DNA from: Rickettsiales bacterium
Lineage (GTDB): Bacteria; Pseudomonadota; Alphaproteobacteria; Rickettsiales; UBA6187
Assembly: GCA_040507985.1 (NCBI GenBank)
Contig: JBEVNR010000002.1
Coordinates: 71,538-135,537 of the forward strand
DNA length: 64,000 nt
Reading direction: 5' to 3'
Shown here: positions 46,817-56,611 of the stretch, in pieces
Layout: each line of letters begins with the position of its first letter
How positions within the stretch are numbered: position 1 is the first letter of the stretch
Notes under the pieces: model-generated
What the model saw: the letters and a program-made list of their open reading frames with translations, nothing else
Told to the model about the DNA's origin: nothing
The model's database searches: none
Program-made: the position numbers and the translations under genes

Positions 46817-47821
46817 ATGACCATTCGCGTGGCTATAAACGGCATGGGACGCATAGGCCGCTGCATTGCGCGCGCGTTGATCGACCGGAGCGATCGTTAT
46901 CCGGACATAGCGCTTGTTGCCGCGAACAGTCCCGGCGCTCCCGACGCGCAATTGCACTTGCTGAAATACGATTCCGTACACGGGCGCCTGCGCAGCGACG
47001 TCGCTTACGAAAACGGCGCGTTTCGTTACGATGGGGGCGAAATCGCCTTATATCACGAGCGCAATCCCTTGGCGTTGCCGTGGAACGATTTGAACGTGGA
47101 CGTGCTGCTCGAATGTTCCGGAAAATTTAACTCGCGCAAAGAGGCCGGGACGCATTTGGACGCCGGCGCCAAAAAAGTGATTATCTCCGCCCCTGCCAAC
47201 GACGCCGACATGACCGTCGTCTACGGCGTGAATCACGACGCATACGATAAAAAAACGATGCGGGTCGTCTCCGCTGCCTCGTGTACCACCAATTGCCTGG
47301 CGCCGCTCGCGAAAATTCTGCACGAGCGTTTCGTCGTCGTGGCCGGCCATATGACGACCGTTCATTCCTATACCGGCGATCAAAATTTGGTGGACGCCAC
47401 CCACAAAGACCTGCGTCGCGCCCGGGCGGCCGGCGCCTCGATCATTCCCACCTCCACCGGCGCCGCCAAGGCGATAGGATTGGTGTTGCCCGAACTGGAG
47501 GGAAAGCTGCACGGCGCCTCGCTGCGCGTGCCGACGCCCAACGTGTCGATGGTCGATTTCACCTTTGCGTCGGAAAAACCCCTATCGCGCGGCGACATAT
47601 TGGCCGCCCTGAAGGCGGCGGTTCCGATGGGCGGCGCGCTTGCCGTATGCGAAGAACCGTTAGTCTCCGTCGATTTTAACGGATCGGAGGCAAGTTGCAC
47701 CGTCGACGCCACTTCCATCGCGTGTCCGTCGCCTCATTTAGGGCGCGTCGCGGCGTGGTACGACAACGAATGGGGATTTTCGCTCCGCATGTTGGACTTA
47801 GTTCGCCATGTCTGCGCATAA
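46817..47821 (+). CDS. gap: Type I glyceraldehyde-3-phosphate dehydrogenase
   Basis: The 334-aa product contains INGMGRIGR, SASCTTNCLAP and WYDNEWGFS. Confidence 0.95.
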   Translation: MTIRVAINGMGRIGRCIARALIDRSDRYPDIALVAANSPGAPDAQLHLLKYDSVHGRLRSDVAYENGAFRYDGGEIALYHERNPLALPWNDLNVDVLLECSGKFNSRKEAGTHLDAGAKKVIISAPANDADMTVVYGVNHDAYDKKTMRVVSAASCTTNCLAPLAKILHERFVVVAGHMTTVHSYTGDQNLVDATHKDLRRARAAGASIIPTSTGAAKAIGLVLPELEGKLHGASLRVPTPNVSMVDFTFASEKPLSRGDILAALKAAVPMGGALAVCEEPLVSVDFNGSEASCTVDATSIACPSPHLGRVAAWYDNEWGFSLRMLDLVRHVCA

Positions 47822-49028
47822 CGCCTTTCCCCTGCGCCGCCCGTCCGACATTAACGTCACGCCCGGGATGCGGGTTTTCTGCCGCGTCGATTTTAACGTT
47901 CCGGTCGAGCACGGACGCATTACCGACGCCACGCGCGTCGAACGCGTCATTCCCACCTTGCGCTATTTAATAGAGCGGCACGCCAAAGTGATCGTGTTGT
48001 CGCATTTCGGAAGGCCGGAAGGCGAGTTCGTGCGTTCCATGTCGCTCGCTCCGTTGGCCGACATGCTGGCCGGATTGCTCAACGGCGCCGCCCCGGTGCG
48101 GTTCGCCATGGATTGCGTCGGCAGGGAAGCGGAGGAGGCTATTTCCGCGATGAAGGACGGAGAGGTGCTGCTGCTCGAAAATTTGCGCTTTCATCCGGGC
48201 GAGGAAAGCAACGATCCCGCCTTCGCGGACGCCTTGGCGGAGCTGGGAGACGCCTTCGTGAACGACGCGTTTTCCTGCTCGCACCGCGCCCATGCCTCCA
48301 TCGTCGGGTTGGCGGAGCGTTTGCCGGCGGCGGCGGGGTTTTTACTCGAGGAAGAAATCGCCTGTTTGCGCCGCTATTTGGACTGCCCGGAAAAGCCGCT
48401 TGCCGCCATCGTCGGCGGATCAAAAATTTCGACCAAGCTTGGGTTGATCCATAGTTTGGTGGAACATGCCGACATGGTGGCCATCGGCGGCGCCATGGCC
48501 AACACCTTCCTTAAGGCGCAGGGAAAGGAGATAGGCAGGTCCTTATACGAAAAAGATTTGCTCGGCGAGGCCGCCGCCATCGTCCAAAAATCGGAAAAAC
48601 TCGGATGCCGGCTGATATTGCCGACGGACGCCACGCTCTGCGCGTCGCTTCACGACGGAGCGCATTGCGAGGTGCGGAGCGTCGACGCCGTTACGCCGAA
48701 CAAAATGATGCTCGATTTAGGGCCGCGATCGGTGGCGCGCATTATCGAGATGATCGATTGCGCCAAAACCCTCGTGTGGAACGGTCCGTTAGGCGCCTTT
48801 GAATTTCGACCCTTCGAGACGGCGACCGTCAGCGTCGCCAGGGCGGCGGCGTTGGCCGTCGCGGAAAAACGTCTGGTGGCGGTGGCGGGCGGAGGCGACG
48901 TGATCGCCGGACTTAAAAAAGCGGGGCTTGCCGACGCGCTCACCTATATTTCCACCGCCGGCGGCGCGTTTCTGGAATGGCTCGAAAACCCGAACCTGCC
49001 CGGCGTGGCCGCGTTGGCGAAGGGATAG
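47808..49028 (+). CDS. pgk: Phosphoglycerate kinase
   Basis: The 406-aa product contains RVDFNVP, SHFGRP, LENLRFHPGEE, AFSCSHRAHAS and STAGGAFLEWLE. Confidence 0.95.
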   Translation: MSAHNAFPLRRPSDINVTPGMRVFCRVDFNVPVEHGRITDATRVERVIPTLRYLIERHAKVIVLSHFGRPEGEFVRSMSLAPLADMLAGLLNGAAPVRFAMDCVGREAEEAISAMKDGEVLLLENLRFHPGEESNDPAFADALAELGDAFVNDAFSCSHRAHASIVGLAERLPAAAGFLLEEEIACLRRYLDCPEKPLAAIVGGSKISTKLGLIHSLVEHADMVAIGGAMANTFLKAQGKEIGRSLYEKDLLGEAAAIVQKSEKLGCRLILPTDATLCASLHDGAHCEVRSVDAVTPNKMMLDLGPRSVARIIEMIDCAKTLVWNGPLGAFEFRPFETATVSVARAAALAVAEKRLVAVAGGGDVIAGLKKAGLADALTYISTAGGAFLEWLENPNLPGVAALAKG

Positions 49029-49096
49029 CATGGTAATTTTATCTCATATATTCCGATATATTTGTAGAAACTAACGCTAACGTTTACGATGGACGC

Positions 49097-49921
49097 ATGA
49101 AAAATATCTTTTTTCCTCTAGTGGCGTTGGTTGTGATCGGCGCATGCTCCCAGCCCGTCTCCGACGCTTCCGTCAGCTTCGGCAAGGGAGCCTCGCGCAT
49201 GGAGGGAGCGAGGGAAGATAACGTGTCCCCGCCCAATTCGCCCCCGCCCTCTCGTTCGACCGGCGTGTCGGGAAAAGACTTGACCCCCGTTCCCCAAAAC
49301 GGCGCGGCCGCGTTTCCCAATAAACCTGCCTTAGGCGTTAAAGACGACAAAAGAGCGCGGTTGGCGGCAAACGCCGGGGCGCAAATTCGCCCCACGTCCT
49401 TAATCGTGTCCAAAAAAAATACGCCCTCTTCCGCCGTCGCCGCGTTGCGGGAGGGAGCGTTTGCCTCGGGGGAAGGGCAAGTAAGGCCGGCGTCTTTTTC
49501 CGGACCCGCGCCCGCCGCCCTGTCGAGCGATTTTGTCTGGCCGGTGCGACAAGGAAAGGTGACGTCGGCGTTCGGACCAAAAAAAGGGGGGTTATATAAC
49601 GAAGGCGTGAATATTTCGGCCAATAAGGGCGAACCCGTATTGGCCGCCGCCGACGGAGAGGTGGTATATTCCGGTAACGAGCTGCGGGGCTACGGCAATT
49701 TAATTTTAATTAAACATCCCAACGGATACATTACCACTTACGCCCACAACAACGGCAACGCCGTCACCAAAGGCGACGCCGTTCGACGCGGACAAATCAT
49801 AGGAACGGTGGGCGATAGCGGCAACGTCTCGTCGCCGCAACTGCATTTCAGCATCCGCGAGGGAAAAAACGCCGTCGATCCCGGGAAGTTTTTTCGCAGT
49901 TCAACGGAAACGCGTTTTTGA
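49097..49921 (+). CDS. M23-family metallopeptidase lipoprotein (NlpD-like)
   Basis: The product is 274 aa with a lipobox (LVALVVIGAC). The LytM domain reads GVNISANKGEPVLAAADGEVVY...GYGNLILIKHPNGYITTYAHN...GDSGNVSSPQLHFSIR. Confidence 0.85.
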   Translation: MKNIFFPLVALVVIGACSQPVSDASVSFGKGASRMEGAREDNVSPPNSPPPSRSTGVSGKDLTPVPQNGAAAFPNKPALGVKDDKRARLAANAGAQIRPTSLIVSKKNTPSSAVAALREGAFASGEGQVRPASFSGPAPAALSSDFVWPVRQGKVTSAFGPKKGGLYNEGVNISANKGEPVLAAADGEVVYSGNELRGYGNLILIKHPNGYITTYAHNNGNAVTKGDAVRRGQIIGTVGDSGNVSSPQLHFSIREGKNAVDPGKFFRSSTETRF

Positions 49922-50141
49922 TCCAAAACAATACTGCGCTTATCTCTTTTTGAATGAACGAAAGAGACATATTTCAACCTGCATGAAAAATATGGCGTCT
50001 AAAAATACGGCGCCGTTTTTTTATCGGAGGGTTTTGCGTTTCGTTAATAAAGCGGTCGCTTTTTCTCCTGTATATTCCGAGATAAGCGCTCCATGATGCC
50101 ACGCGAAGCGCCGCAACCGCGAGCCGTGAAAGGAAGCCGCC

Positions 50142-53100
50142 ATGAAAAGTTCGGTCAGCCTGAAATTGTCGCTCCTCGTCGCCGGCGCCGTGATTATCAC
50201 CGCGCTTGCCGTCAACCACGTTTATACGCGCGCGAATAAAACGATTTTGATCGACGCTGCCGTCAGCGACCTGCGCCACGACGTCGCCGGCTTTCGTTAT
50301 CCGCTCGAAAAAAAAATAGAGGAAACGAAGGAAGATTTGCGTTTCCTGGCCGGAATGCGTCCCATGCGGGCGTGGATGCGCGCGCGCGCGTCGGAAGACG
50401 GCGTCGATCCGGAGACGGGCGTGCCGGAGCAGGAATGGAAGGAGCGCGTGGCCGACGCCCTGCAAGACATGACGCTTACCCGCAAGCGCTATATGCAGGT
50501 GCGTTTCATCGACGCGGACGGGCGCGAGGAAATTCGATTTAATTCGGAAGAAAACGGATCGCTTCGCCGCGTTCCCGAGGCCGAGTTGCAAGACAAAAGC
50601 AAGCGCGACTACGTGCGCGGCGCGCTTGCCATGACGCAGGGACAAATGTTTTATTCCTATCCCAACTTAAATCGCGAAAACGGCGTGCTTGACGTGCCGT
50701 ATCGCCTCACGCTGCGCATTGCTGCGCCGATTTACGGCCCAAGCGGCGTCGGCGGATTGGCGGTGATTAACCTCGATTTCGGCAGGATGCTGGCGGAATT
50801 GCGCGACGAAATGCGCCCCGATCGGCTTTTTTACGTCACAAACGGTCAGGGTGATTACCTATTGCATCCCGATAAATTCGCCCTTTACGCCGGCGACGTC
50901 GGGCATTCTCGCCGCATACAAACCGATTTGCCGGAAATATTGGCGTTTTCGGACGAAGAAACCGCACGCGGCGCCGTCTACGTGCCGAACATTGACGAAG
51001 ACGACCCATCGGCAAACGCCCTAGCCTACGCAAAATATAAGTTCGACCCGAACAACGCCGATAATTTTATCGGCGTCGCCATCCAAAAACCCGTCAAGGC
51101 GATTATGAGTAAGGCCGACGACGTAAAAAGGCGCGGATTTGTTGCCGCCCTCTTCGTCGCTCTGGCCCTGGCGCCTATCTCGGTCGGGGCGCTCTACGCC
51201 TTGCTCAGGCCGCTTCGGCACATTACGCGGGCCATGACGCGCTATCGCGAGGGCGAAAAAAACGTCTCGCTCTCCCGCGAAATACGCGGACGAGACGAAA
51301 TATCCACGCTTGCGCGCGAATTTACGGCGCTCGCCACCGCATGCAACGAAGAGGATTGGATAAAGGAGAAAAAGATTGAGATTTGCGGCGATTTGCTCCA
51401 TTGCCGCGACATGAAGGAATTCGGACAAAAACTCACCTCGCTTCTCGCGCCGGCGGCGGGGGCGCAACTCGCCGTCTTTCACGTGCGCGAAGACGTGTTG
51501 GAGCAAAACGAATCGGACGAGACGCAAACCCATTACGTGCTCGCCGGGTCGTGGGGATTCGATCCGAACGACTATAAGGACAATAAGCTGTTTTCGCGGT
51601 TCGCGCTCGGCGAAGGGCTGGCCGGCGCCTGCGCCGCCGAAGGAAAGATGACGGTCGTGAGCGCGCCGAAAAACTATCTGCATATTGGTTCGGGACTGGG
51701 AGAGGGACTGCCCGCGCGCGTCATACTGTTGCCCATTCCCGTCGCGAAACATCCGATCGCGGTGCTCGAATTGGCGTCGCTGGGAGAATTTACCTCCATG
51801 CGTGCCAATCTGGTGGAACGCATCGCCTTTATTTTAGAGTTGGCTATAAAGCAAGCCTCCGCCGTTGCGCGCGCCAATTATTTGCTTGAACAGGCGCAAC
51901 AGGCCGCCGAAGAATTGCGCGCCCAGCAGGAAGAATTGGAGGTCGCCAACAAGGAAACGGAGGAAAAAAATGACGAATTGCGCGAACAAGCGACGGAACT
52001 GGAGGAAACGCAGCGGCAGGTGCAGGAAAAAATAACGGAACTCAAGCAGGCCGATCGGTATAAGTCGGAATTTCTCGCCAACATGTCGCATGAATTGCGC
52101 ACGCCGCTCAACAGCATGCTGATTTTATCCGACGCATGGCGAAAAAACGACGACGGCAATTTAACCGCCGCGCAGGTGGAAGAGGCCGAAATCGTCTATG
52201 GCGGCGGCATGGAACTGCTTGGCCTCATTAACGACATTCTCGATTTGTCGAAAATCGAGGCGGGGCGGCTCACCGCCGAACCGCTCGCGTTTTCCCTCGA
52301 TCGCTTGACCGAAAAACTCGTCAAGCAATTCTCCCCTATAGCGAAAAGCAAAAATTTAGGGTTTGAAACGTCCGTGGACGCTTCCTTGCCGAAAGAAATG
52401 TTCAGCGACCGCAGGCGTATCGACCAAATTCTTAAAAACCTACTTTCCAATGCCTTTAAGTTCACCCATAAAGGCGAGGTGAGGCTAGACGTGAGGCCGC
52501 AAGGAGAAGGGCGCGTGGCCTTTGCCGTCACCGATACGGGAGTGGGCGTCAAGCGTGAAAAACGTGACGAAATATTCCGTGCCTTCCGGCAGGAAGACGG
52601 CGGCGTCGACCGGCGCTACGGCGGCACCGGGTTGGGGCTGACCATCGCCCGAAAGTTCGCGCGGCTGCTCGGAGGCGACGTGACGGTGGACGGCGAAAAA
52701 GGCAAAGGCAGCGTGTTTACCCTGACGCTTCCCCTTAAATACGAAAATCTTTCGGCCCTCACGGCGGAGAAGGCGGAGATAAAAACAAAAAACGACGTGA
52801 AAACGCCGGTCGTGATGGCGGTGGAATGCGACGGCGCGGCGGTGGCAGCGGTGCGTCTTGCCGCGTCGCGGAGCGGCGCGCGCTTTCTGCACGCCAAAAA
52901 CGCCGCCGATGCGTTCGCGTTGGTTGACGCGCAAAGCAAAGGCGTGGCGGTGCTTCCCGATGCGCTGGATAGCGGCAGCGCGACGGAATGGCTTGAGCAT
53001 ATGGAAAAACACGCGCCGCATGTGTGCGCCGTGATTTACGCCTCGGAAACCCCGAAGGAATCGGACTACGTCGCACTGCGCCGATTTACCGACCATATCG

Positions 53101-53621
53101 TGCTGGCGAACGAAACCTTGTCGGAAGACGTGCTGGCGGATGAAATTCACGGCATTCTCTCCGCGCCCGCGCCCAAACGTTCGCTTATGCCGACGGGCGG
53201 CGTAAAAATGCGGCACGACGCCGGCAAGGCGTTGGAAGGCAGAAAAATTCTGGTGGTGGACGATGATTTGCGCAACAGCTTCGCTATTTGCCGCGCCTTA
53301 AAAAAGCACGGCATGCATACGGTCGTGGCCGATAACGGCGTTCTGGGATTGCAAAAACTTGAGGAACATGCCGATATCGAGCTAATTCTTACCGACATCA
53401 TGATGCCGGAGATGGACGGCTACGCCTTCATTCGCGCGGTGCGCGCCAAACCTGCCCATCGGGCCTTGCCCGTCATTGCGCTCACCGCCTACGCCATGCC
53501 GAACGAACAGGAGAAATGCATGGCCGCCGGCGCCAACGATTATTTGTCGAAGCCCCTCGACGTGGAACGCACCGTCAATCTGCTTCGCGTCTGGTTGTTT
53601 AAACAAGAGGAGGCGGCATGA
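50142..53621 (+). CDS. Hybrid sensor histidine kinase / response regulator (TM-periplasmic sensor-HAMP-GAF-coiled coil-HisKA-HATPase-pseudoREC-REC)
   Basis: The product is 1159 aa. The H-box is FLANMSHELRTPLNS, the N-box is LLSNAFKFT, and the G boxes are DTGVGV and GGTGLGLTIA. The C-terminal receiver reads ILVVDDD...LILTDIMMPEMDG...ALTAYA...DYLSKP. Between the CA and REC domains there is a receiver-sized segment lacking the acidic pocket. Confidence 0.9.
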   Translation: MKSSVSLKLSLLVAGAVIITALAVNHVYTRANKTILIDAAVSDLRHDVAGFRYPLEKKIEETKEDLRFLAGMRPMRAWMRARASEDGVDPETGVPEQEWKERVADALQDMTLTRKRYMQVRFIDADGREEIRFNSEENGSLRRVPEAELQDKSKRDYVRGALAMTQGQMFYSYPNLNRENGVLDVPYRLTLRIAAPIYGPSGVGGLAVINLDFGRMLAELRDEMRPDRLFYVTNGQGDYLLHPDKFALYAGDVGHSRRIQTDLPEILAFSDEETARGAVYVPNIDEDDPSANALAYAKYKFDPNNADNFIGVAIQKPVKAIMSKADDVKRRGFVAALFVALALAPISVGALYALLRPLRHITRAMTRYREGEKNVSLSREIRGRDEISTLAREFTALATACNEEDWIKEKKIEICGDLLHCRDMKEFGQKLTSLLAPAAGAQLAVFHVREDVLEQNESDETQTHYVLAGSWGFDPNDYKDNKLFSRFALGEGLAGACAAEGKMTVVSAPKNYLHIGSGLGEGLPARVILLPIPVAKHPIAVLELASLGEFTSMRANLVERIAFILELAIKQASAVARANYLLEQAQQAAEELRAQQEELEVANKETEEKNDELREQATELEETQRQVQEKITELKQADRYKSEFLANMSHELRTPLNSMLILSDAWRKNDDGNLTAAQVEEAEIVYGGGMELLGLINDILDLSKIEAGRLTAEPLAFSLDRLTEKLVKQFSPIAKSKNLGFETSVDASLPKEMFSDRRRIDQILKNLLSNAFKFTHKGEVRLDVRPQGEGRVAFAVTDTGVGVKREKRDEIFRAFRQEDGGVDRRYGGTGLGLTIARKFARLLGGDVTVDGEKGKGSVFTLTLPLKYENLSALTAEKAEIKTKNDVKTPVVMAVECDGAAVAAVRLAASRSGARFLHAKNAADAFALVDAQSKGVAVLPDALDSGSATEWLEHMEKHAPHVCAVIYASETPKESDYVALRRFTDHIVLANETLSEDVLADEIHGILSAPAPKRSLMPTGGVKMRHDAGKALEGRKILVVDDDLRNSFAICRALKKHGMHTVVADNGVLGLQKLEEHADIELILTDIMMPEMDGYAFIRAVRAKPAHRALPVIALTAYAMPNEQEKCMAAGANDYLSKPLDVERTVNLLRVWLFKQEEAA

Positions 53622-54511
53622 GCGCCGTACAAATCGACGCGGAAGCCATCGAAGCGGACTTGCTGGTCGACGCCATCAAACGGCGTTGGGGATATGATTT
53701 TAGCCATTATTCCCGCTTCTCGCTCATGCGCCGCCTTAAAAAAGCCTGCGCCGACGCCGGTTACGCCCGCCTGAGCGCCGCGATCGAGCCGCTATTGTAC
53801 GACCAGCGTTTCTTCGACGGATTTTTGCGCTATATGTCGATTACCGTGACGGAAATGTTTCGTAACCCGGAATATTACCTTTCGGTGCGCGAGAACGTGC
53901 TGAAAACCTTGCGCAGCTTTCCCTTCATTAAAATATGGCACGCCGGCTGCGCGACGGGAGAAGAAGTCTATTCCATGGCCATTATGCTGCACGAGGCCGG
54001 GCTGCTTCCGAGGGCGCGCATCTACGCCACGGATTTTAACAAGGGCGCCCTCGACGTCGCCAAAAAAGGCATGTATCCCGCCGACCACATGCGCAGGTAC
54101 GCCGACAATTACCGCCGCTCCGGCGGCGCGCGCGACATAAACGATTATTTCTCCGTCGAAAGCGGCTGCGCGACCGTCAAGGCGTTCGTGAAAAAGAACG
54201 TCACGTTCTCATACCATAATCTAGCTGCCGACGGCGCGTTCGGCGAAATGCACGTCATTAGCTGCCGCAACGTATTGATTTATTTCGATAAAACCCTGCA
54301 AGGGCGCGTGCTTACGCTATTTTGCGAAAGCTTGCGCCACGGCGGGTTTCTATGCCTCGGAAATAAGGAAAACGTACATTCCCTTTCGTCTAAACACATG
54401 TTTGAACATATGGATAAAAAACAACGGATTTATAAAAAATGCGCGTCTCCCACCGATATTTTTCAGGAACATGGCCGCGCCGCCGCGCCCCTCGTTCGGG
54501 CGGGAGCGTAA
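53618..54511 (+). CDS. CheR-type protein-glutamate O-methyltransferase
   Basis: The 297-aa product contains TEMFRNPEY and IWHAGCATGEEVYSMAIML (SAM motif), then ATDFN...AKKG.Y and ISCRNVLIYFD. The ATGA overlaps the upstream kinase stop. Confidence 0.85.
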   Translation: MSAVQIDAEAIEADLLVDAIKRRWGYDFSHYSRFSLMRRLKKACADAGYARLSAAIEPLLYDQRFFDGFLRYMSITVTEMFRNPEYYLSVRENVLKTLRSFPFIKIWHAGCATGEEVYSMAIMLHEAGLLPRARIYATDFNKGALDVAKKGMYPADHMRRYADNYRRSGGARDINDYFSVESGCATVKAFVKKNVTFSYHNLAADGAFGEMHVISCRNVLIYFDKTLQGRVLTLFCESLRHGGFLCLGNKENVHSLSSKHMFEHMDKKQRIYKKCASPTDIFQEHGRAAAPLVRAGA

Positions 54512-54514
54512 CCT

Positions 54515-55657
54515 ATGCAAACGGAATATTGCCCGGACGCGGCGCCAATCGCGGAAATTTTAATCGTGGACGATCGGCCGGAAAATCTGTTCGCCACCCG
54601 CCACGCCCTGAAATCGCTCGGCGCGCGCATCCTTACCGCCGAATCCGGCAACGCGGCCCTGTCGCTCATGCTGCGGCATAAATTCGCCGCCGTGTTGCTG
54701 GACGTGCAAATGCCGGAGATGGACGGGTTCGAGGTCGCCGGCGCCATGCGCGCCCACGACGACATGCGCGACATTCCCATTATTTTCGTCACCGCTATCG
54801 ACAAGGAAGAGCGCCACGCCACCATGGCCGGCAAGCTCGGGGCGGTCGATTACGTGTTTAAGCCCATCAACACGGCGATACTCCGCAGCAAGGTGAAGAC
54901 CTACCTTGAAATTTTCTCGCAGAAACAGCAGGTGCTGCGCCTGAACGCCATATTGCGCCAAAGCAACGAAGAGTTGGAGCGTTTCGCCTATATTTGCTCG
55001 CACGACATGCAGGAACCGGTGCGGATGATGTATTCCTACGCAAAAATGGCGCAGGAATCGTTGGGCGATCCATCGGGGGGAGCGGCGGACGCCGGGGAAT
55101 ATCTGGAACACATCGTCGACAACGCCGGCCGCATGCGCGACATGATACGCGACATACTGGCCTTTTCGCGCATTGGCCGCGAAGAGATCCATATGCAAAC
55201 GGTCGATTGCGACGCCGTGATGCGCGAGACGACGGAACGCTTCGCCGGGCTGATCGACGCCTCGCGCGCGCTCATCCTCTGCGGAAAACTGCCGAAGCTT
55301 TACGCCAGCTTGACCCTGGTGCGGATGCTTTTCCAAAACCTCGTCGGCAACGCGCTGAAATTTCAGGCGCGGGGCGTCTCGCCGCGCATCGCGGTGGCGG
55401 CGGCGAAATGTGGCGGCCAATATTGGTTCTTTTTTAGCGATAACGGCGTAGGACTGGACGCCGCCTTCAAGGAAAAAATATTCCGCCCGTTCGCCCGGCT
55501 CCACCGGCGCGACCTCTATCCCGGCACCGGCATCGGACTGTCGGCGTGCCGCAAGTTCTTACGTTTGTGCGGAGGGGAGATCGGCGTCGAATCCTCTCCT
55601 CCCGGCAGCGTGTTTTATTTCACTTTACCCATCACGGAGACGAGCGATGACAAATAA
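54515..55657 (+). CDS. Response-regulator-receiver / histidine kinase fusion (REC-HisKA-HATPase)
   Basis: The 380-aa product has the REC domain ILIVDDRPENL...VLLDVQMPEMDG...FVTA. The H-box is ICSHDMQEPVRMM, of the phytochrome-associated kinase type. It also contains NLVGNALKF, DNGVGLD and GTGIGLSACRK. Confidence 0.85.
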   Translation: MQTEYCPDAAPIAEILIVDDRPENLFATRHALKSLGARILTAESGNAALSLMLRHKFAAVLLDVQMPEMDGFEVAGAMRAHDDMRDIPIIFVTAIDKEERHATMAGKLGAVDYVFKPINTAILRSKVKTYLEIFSQKQQVLRLNAILRQSNEELERFAYICSHDMQEPVRMMYSYAKMAQESLGDPSGGAADAGEYLEHIVDNAGRMRDMIRDILAFSRIGREEIHMQTVDCDAVMRETTERFAGLIDASRALILCGKLPKLYASLTLVRMLFQNLVGNALKFQARGVSPRIAVAAAKCGGQYWFFFSDNGVGLDAAFKEKIFRPFARLHRRDLYPGTGIGLSACRKFLRLCGGEIGVESSPPGSVFYFTLPITETSDDK

Positions 55658-56099
55658 CGCGACACCTAACCCCGCCGGACGCCCTTTCACCCTTCTGCTG
55701 GCCGAAGACAACGTGGGCGACGCGATGATCGTCCGCCACGCGCTAAAATCTTCCGAAGCCGATTACGCGCTGCATATCGTGCATGACGGGCTGGAGGCGC
55801 TGGAGTTTTTGCATAAGCAATACCCCTTCGCCGACGCGCCGACGCCCGACCTTATTCTCATGGACATCAACATGCCGCGCATGGGGGGAAAGGAATGTTT
55901 GCGCGCGATCAAGCAAGACCCTGCCCTTAAGACCCTGCCCGTGGCGATGCTCACCAGCTCCGACGCGCCGGACGACATCCGCGAATGCTACATGGCCGGC
56001 GCCAATTGCTATTTGCTGAAGCAATTCGACGTGGGCGCCTTCCGCGAAATGCTGAAGGACGCCGTAGGCTTCTGGTCGCGCGTGGCACGGGTGGCGTAG
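55647..56099 (+). CDS. Single-domain response regulator (Rcp1-like receiver)
   Basis: The 150-aa product reads LLLAEDNVGDAMIVRHAL...PDLILMDINMPRMGG...VAMLTSS...ANCYLLKQ. It overlaps the upstream gene by 11 nt. Confidence 0.85.
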   Translation: MTNNATPNPAGRPFTLLLAEDNVGDAMIVRHALKSSEADYALHIVHDGLEALEFLHKQYPFADAPTPDLILMDINMPRMGGKECLRAIKQDPALKTLPVAMLTSSDAPDDIRECYMAGANCYLLKQFDVGAFREMLKDAVGFWSRVARVA

Positions 56100-56257
56100 C
56101 GCGTTGCAATCAAACGATTTTGGCGTATTTTTTTAACGGAACCTGCTGAGACGATCAACGCGCACGATACATAAGAACATGTTGAATTCGCAGCAAAAAA
56201 GACCAAAAAGCACAACGTTCTAGCTACGCTGGCCTATGGCTCAAAAGTGCATACAGC

Positions 56258-56584
56258 CTAGCGCGAGCCGCCATACCCGCCGATGCGCTGCATGTGGGCA
56301 TAGGCGGAAAAAACGGCGGCGCGGCTTTGTCCGCGATTAACGGTTTCGCCCGTTGCGTCGCGTTCTTTTTCCATAACGGAGAGGTAATTGTTTAACGCCG
56401 ATATCGCTGCCTCCACGTCGTCCGCGACGATATGCCTGTCCGACGCGGAAAGATCTCCGACGGCATTCGCGACGGCGGCGGCAAAATTTTCGACGTCTTG
56501 CTTTATCGGCTCTCGCCTTTCCTTGGCCGCTTCGCATTCCTGCGTAAGTTTGGCAAGGTCGTACCTCAACGATTCGACGGACAT
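56258..56584 (-). CDS. Small helical hypothetical protein downstream of sdhB
   Basis: The 108-aa ORF has a protein-like helical composition (LAKLTQECEAAKERREPIKQDVENFAAAVANAVG...). I recognised no family. In a GC-rich background it could be a chance ORF. Confidence 0.35.
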   Translation of the reverse strand: MSVESLRYDLAKLTQECEAAKERREPIKQDVENFAAAVANAVGDLSASDRHIVADDVEAAISALNNYLSVMEKERDATGETVNRGQSRAAVFSAYAHMQRIGGYGGSR

Positions 56585-56611
56585 GGGGCCGGTCCTTTTT
56601 TCGTTAGTGTC

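Noticed and set aside
49974-50645. A 223-aa minus-strand ORF spanning the start of the hybrid kinase gene and its upstream region.
   Set aside because: Its composition is Arg/His/Ala-rich with no motif. It overlaps the well-supported N-terminus (TM plus sensor) of the 1159-aa kinase, so it is most likely a shadow ORF.
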